Source: Bacilli bacterium (GTDB taxonomy: Bacteria > Bacillota_I > Bacilli_A > RF39 > UBA660). Taken from it: 64,000 nt of DNA. Within the stretch, counting starts at the first letter, position 1; each line of letters begins with the position of its first letter. Shown one piece after another: positions 1 to 8,049 of the stretch. The stretch covers positions 11,026 to 75,025 of the forward strand of contig JAGBES010000001.1 in the NCBI GenBank assembly GCA_017936845.1, written 5' to 3'. The notes below the pieces were generated by a model. That model worked only from the letters and a program-made list of their open reading frames with translations, made no database searches and was not told the DNA's origin. Made by a program: the position numbers and the translations under genes.

Positions 1-2
1 AG

Positions 3-1592
3 GCAATTGGATTTATAAGTGGAAGTGGTAAAGAATATAATAATAATAATGAATTAAAACAGTATCCTAAATTTAGTGATTTAGTTGAAATAAGTCTAGT
101 TTATAATAATGCTAGTTGTTATAGTAATGGTAAAATAATAGGTGGTAATATAACTGATAGAGCTTTACTTAAATTTGTTAATTCATATAATAAGAATGTT
201 GAAGTTATAAAAAAAATACCATTTAATAGTAAAGATAAATATTCACTCGCAACCATTTCTTATAATGGAAAGAAACATTTAATTAAAGGTGCCCCAGAAG
301 TAATAATTAAAAATTGTAGGAGTTATTATGATGAATTTGGTTATAAAAGAGCTTTTAATAAAGAATTATTTGAACAAAAAATAGAAAAATATACTAAAGC
401 AGGTATTAGAGTTATAGCTCTTGCTATAAATGATAATTATGATTTAAATGATACTTTTAAAAATTTGACACTTGTAGGTGTTATGTTAATTAAAGATGAT
501 GTAAGAAGTGAAGCAATAGAAGGAATTAAATTGGTAAAAAGTGCACATATTCAAACAGTTATGATTACTGGTGATAATAAAGAAACAGCAGTTGGAATAG
601 CTAAAGAAGTTGGATTAATTGAAAATTCAAATGATGTTGTTTTAACAAGTAGTGAACTAAAATTAAAATCAGATGACGAGTTAAAAAATATCCTTCCAAA
701 TTTAAGGGTAGTAGCTCGTGCTTTACCAAGTGATAAAAGTAGACTTGTTAAGATAAGTCAAGAATTAAATCTTGTTGTAGGTATGACAGGAGATGGTGTA
801 AATGATGCTCCTGCTTTAAAAAAAGCTGATGTTGGATTTGCAATGGGTAGTGGGACTGAAGTTGCTAAAGAAGCAAGTGATATTGTTATTTTAGATGATA
901 ATTTTATGTCTATTTCTAAAGCTATATTATTTGGTAGAACTATATTTAAAAGTATTAGAAAATTTATAATACTTCAATTAACTATTAATTTATGTGCTCT
1001 TAGTTTATCTTTTGTAGGGCCTTTTATAGGAATTAATACACCAATCACAGTTATTCAAATGTTGTGGATAAACATGGTTATGGATACATTAGCAGGTCTA
1101 GCTTTTGCTTTTGAGCCTCCTTTACTAGAATATATGAATGAATATCCTAAAAAAAAGAATGAATCAATAATTAACAAATATATGATGAATGAAATATTAG
1201 TAACAGGTTTATATTCATCTATTTTATGTATTTTATTTTTAAAATTACCTTTTATAAGAGATATATATGATTATAGTGAAAGTGATAAATATTTACTTAC
1301 AGCTTTTTTTGGATTGTTTATATTTATAGATATATTTAATTGTTTTAATGCAAGAACACATCGAATAAATATTTTGGCTAATATTCTGAAAAATAAAGTA
1401 TTTATTTTTATAATTATTTTTATAACTATAGTTCAATTATGTATGATTTATTATGGTGATAATATATTTAGAACTACTGATTTAAATTTTGTTGAGTTAC
1501 AAGTTATGATTTTATTTTCATTTACAGTAATTCCTATTGATTGGTTAAGAAAATTATATTTAAAAAAACGAGGAATATTAGATGGAGTTTAA
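3..1592 (+). CDS. P-type cation-transporting ATPase, PMCA/SERCA-like Ca2+ pump (C-terminal ~530 aa; 5' end outside window)
   Basis: Frame 3 is open from the window edge to the stop at 1590-1592, so the track Met at 465 is internal. It carries P-type signatures MITGDN, PSDK and the hinge GDGVNDAPALKKADVGFAMG, followed by several C-terminal TM helices. Confidence 0.9.
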   Translation, partial: AIGFISGSGKEYNNNNELKQYPKFSDLVEISLVYNNASCYSNGKIIGGNITDRALLKFVNSYNKNVEVIKKIPFNSKDKYSLATISYNGKKHLIKGAPEVIIKNCRSYYDEFGYKRAFNKELFEQKIEKYTKAGIRVIALAINDNYDLNDTFKNLTLVGVMLIKDDVRSEAIEGIKLVKSAHIQTVMITGDNKETAVGIAKEVGLIENSNDVVLTSSELKLKSDDELKNILPNLRVVARALPSDKSRLVKISQELNLVVGMTGDGVNDAPALKKADVGFAMGSGTEVAKEASDIVILDDNFMSISKAILFGRTIFKSIRKFIILQLTINLCALSLSFVGPFIGINTPITVIQMLWINMVMDTLAGLAFAFEPPLLEYMNEYPKKKNESIINKYMMNEILVTGLYSSILCILFLKLPFIRDIYDYSESDKYLLTAFFGLFIFIDIFNCFNARTHRINILANILKNKVFIFIIIFITIVQLCMIYYGDNIFRTTDLNFVELQVMILFSFTVIPIDWLRKLYLKKRGILDGV

Positions 1593-1654
1593 TTAATTGT
1601 CGGTAAAATGTTGATTTTTTAATTAATTTATAATATAATTTTTTTGGTGATAAC

Positions 1655-2203
1655 ATGATAATTAGACATAAGGATTTAGTAAATAAGGGATATAGTGCAT
1701 ATCAAATAAAAAAGATGGTAAATGATAAAAAACTATTTTTTGTAAAGAAGGGTGTATATTCAACCGATGATAATGTAAATTATTTTGAAGTTATTTCCAA
1801 AAAACATCCTAATGCTATTTTCACTCTTGAGACAGCATGTTATATTTATAAATTAAAAAAGGATTTACCAGAATTTTATTATGTCGCTACAAAGCAAAAA
1901 GATCGTAAAATGAAAGAAGAATATATAAAGCAAATTTTTATGACAGATAATTTATATGAAGTTGGTATAAACAATATGACTTATATGAATGTTAATATAA
2001 GGTCATATGATCTTGAAAGATTATTAATTGAAATAGTTAGAAATAAAACAAATATTGATAATGATTCATATAGGGAGATTGTTAGTAATTATAGTAAAAT
2101 TTCTAAATTGTTAAACAAAAGAAAATTAGAAAATTATCTTTGTTATTTTAAAAATCCTAAAATAGTGGAGAGAATTAATAGAGAAGTATTTAATGTAGAA
2201 TAA
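1655..2203 (+). CDS. AbiEi-like protein (type IV toxin-antitoxin antitoxin / transcriptional regulator family)
   Basis: 182 aa. The pattern KKGVYS..., HPNAIFTLETACYIYKL, IRSYDLERLLIEIVRN matches my recollection of the AbiEi family. No AbiEii-type nucleotidyltransferase follows. Confidence 0.6.
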   Translation: MIIRHKDLVNKGYSAYQIKKMVNDKKLFFVKKGVYSTDDNVNYFEVISKKHPNAIFTLETACYIYKLKKDLPEFYYVATKQKDRKMKEEYIKQIFMTDNLYEVGINNMTYMNVNIRSYDLERLLIEIVRNKTNIDNDSYREIVSNYSKISKLLNKRKLENYLCYFKNPKIVERINREVFNVE

Positions 2204-2322
2204 ATTTTAAAACACAATAATTTCTATTGTGTTTTTCTTGTATAAAATGGTAAAATATGGTATTATTATATTGGTTAACTTAAAGCAAATAGGTAGTACA
2301 TTTGGAGGAGTGTATATAATTT

Positions 2323-3042
2323 ATGATTAAATTTGTGATATATGATGATGAAGAAATATTTAGAAGTAAAACCAAATCTGTTATTGAAAAAACTATGTCA
2401 AAATTTAAAATGGAATATTGTATAGAAGAGTTTAGTAAGTATAATTCTAGAATGCAGAAAACCATTGATGATGAATGTTCTAAAATTTATATTATGGATA
2501 TAGAAATACCTAATGGTTTATCTGGAATCGATGTTGCTAAAAAAATTAGAATTAATGATTGGAATAGTATAATTATTCTTGTAACTTCACATATGGAGAT
2601 GGGTTATGAAGCATTAAAAGCACAAATTATGTTGTTAGACTTTATATCTAAATATAATGATTGTTCACCAAATTTAGAAAGTACAATTAAAAAGGCTATT
2701 TCTAAAATAGATAACAAAAAAATTCTTATTTTTGAAACAAATAATATGACATATAAAGTTCACACAGATGATATTGTTTATATAGTAAAAGATAGTATTG
2801 ATAGAAAATGTATTATTAAAACAGAATATAATGAAGTATGTATAAGTGAAACAATTGGAAATATTTTAGATATGCTTGATAGAAGATTTTTCTTAAGTCA
2901 TAGAAGTTGTATTATAAATACAGAAAAAATTGATAGAATTGATTGGAAGAAAAACATAATATATTTTAAAAACAGTGATAAGACAGATTATTTATCTAGA
3001 AATAAGAGAAAAGAGTTGAAAGAGTATGTTAGAAGTTGTTAG
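2323..3042 (+). CDS. LytTR-family response regulator (AgrA-like)
   Basis: N-terminal receiver domain (IYIMDIEIPNGLSGIDVAKKIR) and C-terminal LytTR DNA-binding domain (FFLSHRSCIINTEKI). It overlaps the downstream kinase gene by 17 nt. Confidence 0.9.
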   Translation: MIKFVIYDDEEIFRSKTKSVIEKTMSKFKMEYCIEEFSKYNSRMQKTIDDECSKIYIMDIEIPNGLSGIDVAKKIRINDWNSIIILVTSHMEMGYEALKAQIMLLDFISKYNDCSPNLESTIKKAISKIDNKKILIFETNNMTYKVHTDDIVYIVKDSIDRKCIIKTEYNEVCISETIGNILDMLDRRFFLSHRSCIINTEKIDRIDWKKNIIYFKNSDKTDYLSRNKRKELKEYVRSC

Positions 3043-4339
3043 TAGCTTAATTATTTCTTTAATAACTCATATATTAGACTGTTATGTTTTTTCAAAATTA
3101 ATAAAAGAAAAATTTAAATTAAATTTCAAAAATTGGATAATTATAATATTGTTTTCAATAATAGATTGTATTGTAGGTGTAAGTTATGATAACACAATAA
3201 AGCTAATTACTACAAATTTAATAACATTTATTATTTTTAAATATGTATATAATAAGTCAATATCTAAAACCTTAATAGGTACGTTATTTACATATATTGG
3301 TTATATAGTAGCTGAATTATTATTTGGATTAGTTTTTATGCAAATTTTCAAAATGGATTCAGAATTTATTTTTTCCAACTACTTTGGAAAATTTATTTCA
3401 AATTTTATAATATTTAGCATCTATATTTCTTTTACTTACAATAAATATGTAATAAATATTGTTTCTAAAATTATTGATTGGTATGATGAAAATAAAGTTA
3501 TAAATATAATTTTTACTACTATAATAGCTATTTTATTGTGTTATATATTTATTTTTCAAATATCTTATAACAAGGTGACTGGATTAAATGAATTATTGAT
3601 TTCTTTAATTATTTTAGTTGGAACTATTATTTTTATATTTGGATATTTTAAAGAAAAATCTGATAATAATAGATTAAATATTGAATATGATAATTTGCTC
3701 GAATATTCTAAAACATATGAAGATGAGGTGGTTTCAAAAGGTAAACAACAACATGAATATAGGAATCAACTGATTGTATTAGATGATATGATTCCTAAAA
3801 CTAATAAAAAAGCTAAGGAATATATAAGAAAAATAATTAACAGTACAGAAAAAGAATTAGATAAAGGATGGCTTGTTAAATTAAGAGGTATTCCAACAGG
3901 TGGTATAAAGGGATTAATTCATTTTAAAATAAAGAAAATGATTGATAATGGTATTGATGTATATGTTGATGTTGATAAAAATTTAGCTAAAAAGAAAAAA
4001 TGGATATATGATAATAATGTTTTAGAAGATATAAGTAAAATTATAGGTGTATATTTAGATAACGCTATAGAAGCGTCTATGAAGACAAAAGATAAACAAA
4101 TTATAATTGAATTCACTGGATATGAGAATATAATTGTATTTAAACTTTCCAATACATACGAAGGATTAATCGATTTTCAACATATGGATAATGAAAGATT
4201 TTCTACTAAAGGAAAAGGTAGAGGTTATGGATTACCTTTAGTTAAAGATATAATAAACAAAAATAATTTCTTATCACAAAAAAGAGAAATAGATGGTAAA
4301 TTTTTTGTTCAAAATTTATATATAAAAATAAAAAAATAG
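3026..4339 (+). CDS. AgrC-like (HPK10) membrane sensor histidine kinase
   Basis: About 200 aa of N-terminal TM helices are followed by a kinase core: QQHEYRNQL H-box region, N-box LDNAIEAS, G-box KGKGRGYGLPLV. It is coupled to the LytTR regulator. Confidence 0.88.
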   Translation: MLEVVSSLIISLITHILDCYVFSKLIKEKFKLNFKNWIIIILFSIIDCIVGVSYDNTIKLITTNLITFIIFKYVYNKSISKTLIGTLFTYIGYIVAELLFGLVFMQIFKMDSEFIFSNYFGKFISNFIIFSIYISFTYNKYVINIVSKIIDWYDENKVINIIFTTIIAILLCYIFIFQISYNKVTGLNELLISLIILVGTIIFIFGYFKEKSDNNRLNIEYDNLLEYSKTYEDEVVSKGKQQHEYRNQLIVLDDMIPKTNKKAKEYIRKIINSTEKELDKGWLVKLRGIPTGGIKGLIHFKIKKMIDNGIDVYVDVDKNLAKKKKWIYDNNVLEDISKIIGVYLDNAIEASMKTKDKQIIIEFTGYENIIVFKLSNTYEGLIDFQHMDNERFSTKGKGRGYGLPLVKDIINKNNFLSQKREIDGKFFVQNLYIKIKK

Positions 4340-4360
4340 AATTTATTGTTTTAAATTCTA
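4338..4360. terminator. Bidirectional intrinsic terminator between the convergent kinase gene and agrD
   Basis: Hairpin AGAATTTA-ttgtt-TAAATTCT is flanked by an A-run upstream and a T-run downstream, so it reads as stem plus U-tract on both strands. Confidence 0.6.
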
Positions 4361-4371
4361 TTTTTTTATTT

Positions 4372-4494
4372 TTATCTTTCTATTATACTTTTTGGCATTT
4401 CTGGTTCATCGATTATAACTCTCCAACAATAATTACTTGAAGTGTTTAAACTTCCAATGGCTTTAAATATTTTTGAAAATAAATTTCTAAACAT
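4372..4494 (-). CDS. agrD: AgrD autoinducing-peptide precursor (40 aa, not in ORF track)
   Basis: My hand translation of the minus strand gives MFRNLFSKIFKAIGSLNTSSNYCWRVIIDEPEMPKSIIER. It has a strong RBS (AAAGGAGGT, 7 nt before the ATG) and lies immediately downstream of agrB. It has an amphipathic N-terminus, a single Cys and the conserved AgrD C-terminal acidic motif DEPEMPKSI (compare S. aureus DEVEVPKEL). Confidence 0.85.
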   Translation of the reverse strand: MFRNLFSKIFKAIGSLNTSSNYCWRVIIDEPEMPKSIIER

Positions 4495-4537
4495 ACTTTT
4501 ACCTCCTTTAAATTCTTTATAATTAAACTGGGCCCGT

Positions 4538-5146
4538 TTAATTCATATTTAAAATATATTCTTTATAATTATCATAGCTTAGATGAAATATTTTATAGGT
4601 TAAAGGAAGAATTAATAATACTTCTATCCATATAGCAAAGATAATTATATTTGAAATTAATTGATCTTTTATTATTAAAGATAAAAATGCAAGTAGGACA
4701 CAACTGATAGTTGTAATAAATTTATATTTATCTCTCCTTGATTTTTTTATAATTGGAGCTTTTTTTGTATCAGCAGGTGCATATTTATAAATTAATAAAA
4801 TTCCAAATATTCCTAGTATGATTTTTATATTAAAAGGAATTATTATAGTTTTACAAATTAATGGAACTCCAATGAATATAAGTGATGAAGATATTAAACA
4901 TATCCAACTTTTAGTAGCATGTAATCCATGTCCAGGTTCTCTTAATATATTAAAAAATATTAATAATATTATCATTTCTTTAAATACATTAAGAATAATT
5001 GACATTGGTATTATAAATAACATTTTTGAAATTGTTAGATAAAATCCTTCTAAACTATATCTATATTCATCAAGTTTGATATCATCTGTCTCAGGATATT
5101 TTTCTTTTATTAAACTAAGAGTATAATTTAAAAACTTTTTTTTCAT
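4538..5146 (-). CDS. agrB: AgrB accessory gene regulator B (AgrD-processing membrane endopeptidase)
   Basis: Polytopic membrane protein of ~200 aa with AgrB-like motifs (REPGHGLHA; KYAPADTKKAPI). The ATG at 5146 has the RBS GGTGGTGA upstream, so the track start at 5158 is less likely. It is followed by agrD. Confidence 0.88.
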   Translation of the reverse strand: MKKKFLNYTLSLIKEKYPETDDIKLDEYRYSLEGFYLTISKMLFIIPMSIILNVFKEMIILLIFFNILREPGHGLHATKSWICLISSSLIFIGVPLICKTIIIPFNIKIILGIFGILLIYKYAPADTKKAPIIKKSRRDKYKFITTISCVLLAFLSLIIKDQLISNIIIFAIWIEVLLILPLTYKIFHLSYDNYKEYILNMN

Positions 5147-5461
5147 AAATATCACCACCCACTACGATTATAATTTTAGCAAATATTAGGTAAAAGACAA
5201 TATCAATAACAATTTTTGTTATTATTTGGGTGTTAATTGTCGATTAAAATAAAAATATACAATTAAGATATTAAAATTAACATTTCGTGCAATTTATATT
5301 GAACTGTTAAATTTAATTTGGTACTATGTTCGTGTTCCTTAAAAATACAAGAGAGCGAAAAAATCGAATTTTGTCGATTTTTTGGGATTTGTTTTTCTTG
5401 AATTTATGACATGATAGGGGGTATATTTGTATTGGAGTTAGATAGAAGGGAGATTTATATT

Positions 5462-5674
5462 ATGAGAGGTAAAGTTAAATGGTTTAACAATGAAAAGGGA
5501 TATGGTTTTATTGAATATAATAATCATGAAGATATCTTTGTTCATTACTCATCAATTTTAACTGAAGGTTATAAAACTTTAGTTGAAGGTCAATATGTTG
5601 ATTTTGAACTTGTAAAAACTGATAAAGGATTACAAGCAAAAAATGTTATTGAAGTGAAAACTGCTCTTGTGTAG
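5462..5674 (+). CDS. cspA: Cold-shock protein CspA family
   Basis: MRGKVKWFNNEKGYGFI ... DIFVHYS carries the RNP1/RNP2 motifs. It is 70 aa from the internal Met at 5462, with RBS AAGGGAG upstream. Confidence 0.93.
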   Translation: MRGKVKWFNNEKGYGFIEYNNHEDIFVHYSSILTEGYKTLVEGQYVDFELVKTDKGLQAKNVIEVKTALV

Positions 5675-5736
5675 TAGTTTTTTTGTTTCTTTTTAATTTG
5701 AAATATGTTATAATCTATTAAAGAGAGGATGATGGT

Positions 5737-6267
5737 ATGAAATATAATATTCGTGGAAGTAAAATGGAAGTTACTAATTCAATAAAGAAATATATTGAAG
5801 AAAAAATTGGAAAATTGAATAAGTATTTTGAAAATCCTGATGAAATAACAGCTAGTGTTTTAATTAAAGAAAGTGGAATAAATGATAAAGTTGAAGTTAC
5901 AATACCTATTAAGAATGCTATATTAAGAGCAGAAATGTCTAATAAAGATTTATATTCGGCTATTGATTTAGTTGTTGAAAAACTAGAAAGACAAATAAGA
6001 AAGAACAAGACAAGAATGCATAAAATACAAAAGGATTCTGTTATAGATGCTTTTATAGATTTTGATATAACAGAAGAAGAAGAAAAAGAGAATTGCATTG
6101 TTAAAAGAAAAACTATAGAAATGAAACCAATGAATGAAGAAGAAGCTATTCTTCAAATGAATTTATTAGGTCATGATTTCTTTATATTTAAAAATTCTGA
6201 TACTGAAGAATTATCTGTTGTATATAGAAGAAAAGATGATCAATATGGGATTATTGATGTAAAATAG
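5737..6267 (+). CDS. hpf: Ribosome hibernation promoting factor, long form
   Basis: 176 aa. The N-terminal sigma54-modulation/RaiA domain (MKYNIRGSKMEVTNSIKKYIEEKIGKL) and the C-terminal dimerisation domain (PMNEEEAILQMNLLGHDFFIFKN) are typical of Firmicute long HPF. Confidence 0.92.
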   Translation: MKYNIRGSKMEVTNSIKKYIEEKIGKLNKYFENPDEITASVLIKESGINDKVEVTIPIKNAILRAEMSNKDLYSAIDLVVEKLERQIRKNKTRMHKIQKDSVIDAFIDFDITEEEEKENCIVKRKTIEMKPMNEEEAILQMNLLGHDFFIFKNSDTEELSVVYRRKDDQYGIIDVK

Positions 6268-6288
6268 GCACTTTTAGTGCTTTTTTTA
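6268..6288 (+). terminator. Intrinsic terminator after hpf
   Basis: GCACT-ttt-AGTGC hairpin followed by a T7 run. Confidence 0.65.
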
Positions 6289-6338
6289 TTTTTTTTGAAT
6301 AAAATAAAACAAAAAAGCAAAAAAAGTTTAAAAATTTA

Positions 6339-6367
6339 TTGCATTATTGAAAAAAAAATGTTATACT
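6339..6367 (+). promoter_or_regulatory. Sigma-A type promoter for the tRNA pair
   Basis: TTGCAT, 17 nt, TATACT, ending about 20 nt upstream of the tRNA-Arg 5' end. Confidence 0.55.
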
Positions 6368-6387
6368 TTTGGAGTCAGATGGAAGCC

Positions 6388-6464
6388 GCGCTCGTAGCTC
6401 AGCTGGATAGAGTGTTTGGCTACGAACCAAAAGGTCAGGGGTTCGAATCCCTTCGAGCGCACCA
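6388..6464 (+). tRNA. tRNA-Arg (anticodon ACG), CCA encoded
   Basis: Hand-folded cloverleaf: acceptor GCGCTCG/CGAGCGC, D arm GCTC..GAGT, anticodon stem TTTGG/CCAAA with loop CTACGAA, T arm AGGGG-TTCGAAT-CCCTT, discriminator A plus CCA. Confidence 0.93.
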
Positions 6465-6469
6465 GATTT

Positions 6470-6546
6470 CGGGAAATGGCTCAACTTGGTAGAGCACTTG
6501 GTTTGGGACCAAGGGGTTGCAGGTTCAAATCCTGTTTTCCCGACCA
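6470..6546 (+). tRNA. tRNA-Pro (anticodon UGG), CCA encoded
   Basis: Acceptor CGGGAAA/TTTCCCG, D arm GCTC..GAGC, anticodon stem CTTGG/CCAAG with loop TTTGGGA, T arm GCAGG-TTCAAAT-CCTGT, then A plus CCA. Confidence 0.93.
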
Positions 6547-6556
6547 TTTAGATTTT

Positions 6557-6583
6557 AACACTTATTATTGAGTGTTTTTTTTT
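6557..6583 (+). terminator. Intrinsic terminator after the tRNA pair
   Basis: AACACT-tattattg-AGTGTT hairpin followed by a T9 run. Confidence 0.65.
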
Positions 6584-6691
6584 ATACTGAAAGCAACCCC
6601 TTGTGCCCAAACTTGTATAAGGATAAAATTATATAAAAAATTCTCGAAGGGAAAGAAAAAAGGCCTTTTGGTCCTATAATGAAAATCTATA

Positions 6692-7435
6692 TTATATTTT
6701 TATTTTCTCATATAAAGATATTAAATTTTCCTCTTTTATATCAAAACCAGTTCCATGATCATAAGTTTTACCTATTTTTTTACCTTTTTTATAAATACTT
6801 ATTTTAAAAGTAATTCTAATTTTTCCTTGTTCAATTAGTTTTATAAATTCTTCAAAACTTTTTAATTTATAAAAGTTTATTTTTGTATATTTAAAATATA
6901 CTTCATTTTTTGTATATTTTTTTATTGCTTTTATGTATGCTAAATATTTTAGTTTTCTGTATAATTTTTCTTTTAAAATATCAAAATCCCAATATACATT
7001 GTTTTCAATTAAATTATTCTTTAAATCATATATATATAGATAAATTTTTTTATCTTTTCTGTTGACGACTAATTGAAATTTAAAATTATTACCAATAATA
7101 GTTTTGTTATTGCAAAATACTGAATTATTTAATACTTTATATTTTGGTATATTACTATCTGGATAACCATAAGTATCTTTTAATCTTTCTGTTTCCATAT
7201 AATGTAGTCCTTCAGGTTTACAATTAAATAAAGTGGTATAAATATTCTTTTTACTCAATTTTGTCTTTATTTCTATTCCATTATAGTCTGGTATTTCGAA
7301 ACTATTTTCTTCATTACCTAATAGAGTTTCGAATGTCCTTCCAATGCTACTATTTCCATTTATAGTACTTTTAATCCAACATAATTTTTTTATTTCTTCA
7401 AATTTTTCTTTTAATTCTATAATGTTTTTATACAT
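6692..7435 (-). CDS. MvaI/BcnI-family (MutH/Sau3AI-like fold) restriction endonuclease-like protein, no adjacent methyltransferase
   Basis: SSIGRTFETLLGNEENSFEIPDYNGIEIKTK aligns with the remembered BcnI region GQILERQFGVQENNITLGDLGEFELKG (D..E-x-K catalytic core). The C-terminal YDHGTGFDIKEENLISLY resembles BcnI PHDRGPHLRIPISKLDKLY. Confidence 0.6.
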   Translation of the reverse strand: MYKNIIELKEKFEEIKKLCWIKSTINGNSSIGRTFETLLGNEENSFEIPDYNGIEIKTKLSKKNIYTTLFNCKPEGLHYMETERLKDTYGYPDSNIPKYKVLNNSVFCNNKTIIGNNFKFQLVVNRKDKKIYLYIYDLKNNLIENNVYWDFDILKEKLYRKLKYLAYIKAIKKYTKNEVYFKYTKINFYKLKSFEEFIKLIEQGKIRITFKISIYKKGKKIGKTYDHGTGFDIKEENLISLYEKIKI

Positions 7436-7539
7436 GTTATTCCTCCTTAAAAATATGTTACTTTATTTGTTAATCATAACCCTTTTAATTGACATAAAAT
7501 ATTATATGTGTTAAATTTATTAAGAAAGGAGATTAGTAT

Positions 7540-7977
7540 ATGAAAAAAAGTTTATTTTTAATAGTTTCAGTTGTTATGATAGGTTTATTAACAGGTTGCC
7601 AAAAAGAAAAAGTTTTAGAGTGTGATATGAAACAAGAACAAAATGGAATGGAAATGAAACAAAATTTAAAAGCAACTTTTAAAGGAAATGAAGTAAAAGA
7701 TATTACTATAAAAATGGATGTTATATTAGAAGAAAAATATAAATCATATGCCGATATGTTTGTAAGTAGTATTGATTCACAATTTGATAAATATAAAGAT
7801 AAAAAAGGTATAACTTATAAAACTGAAAAAAATGATGATGGTGTTGTAGTTACTTTTTATGCAGATTTAGATAAAATGGATAAAGATACTAAAGAAGAAC
7901 TAGATATGGTTGATACAACAGGATCATACGAAAAAACAAAAGAAGATCTTGAAAAAGATGGATATACATGTAAATAA
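7540..7977 (+). CDS. Small lipoprotein (possibly DUF1307/YehR-like)
   Basis: Signal peptide with lipobox LLTG|C. 145 aa, charged and Lys/Asp-rich mature part. The family call is tentative. Confidence 0.5.
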   Translation: MKKSLFLIVSVVMIGLLTGCQKEKVLECDMKQEQNGMEMKQNLKATFKGNEVKDITIKMDVILEEKYKSYADMFVSSIDSQFDKYKDKKGITYKTEKNDDGVVVTFYADLDKMDKDTKEELDMVDTTGSYEKTKEDLEKDGYTCK

Positions 7978-8049
7978 CATTTGAATTTTCAAATGTTTTT
8001 TCTTGCTTTTTATATATTAAAAATATATAATTAATATGCGAGGTGAACT

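Noticed and set aside
5231-5311. Candidate LytTR (AgrA-type) binding repeats upstream of agrB (TGTTAATTG, ACAATTAAG, AACTGTTAAA)
   Set aside because: The repeats are imperfect. Their spacing (about 28 and 44 nt) does not match the 12-nt spacer of the AgrA direct-repeat architecture. Such AT-rich 9-mers are frequent here. They are mentioned only as a weak lead.
6277-6547. Track ORFs 6277..6492 (+) and 6344..6547 (-)
   Set aside because: Both run straight through two canonical, hand-foldable tRNA genes (Arg-ACG, Pro-UGG). They have no RBS and give junk-like translations, so they are artefacts.
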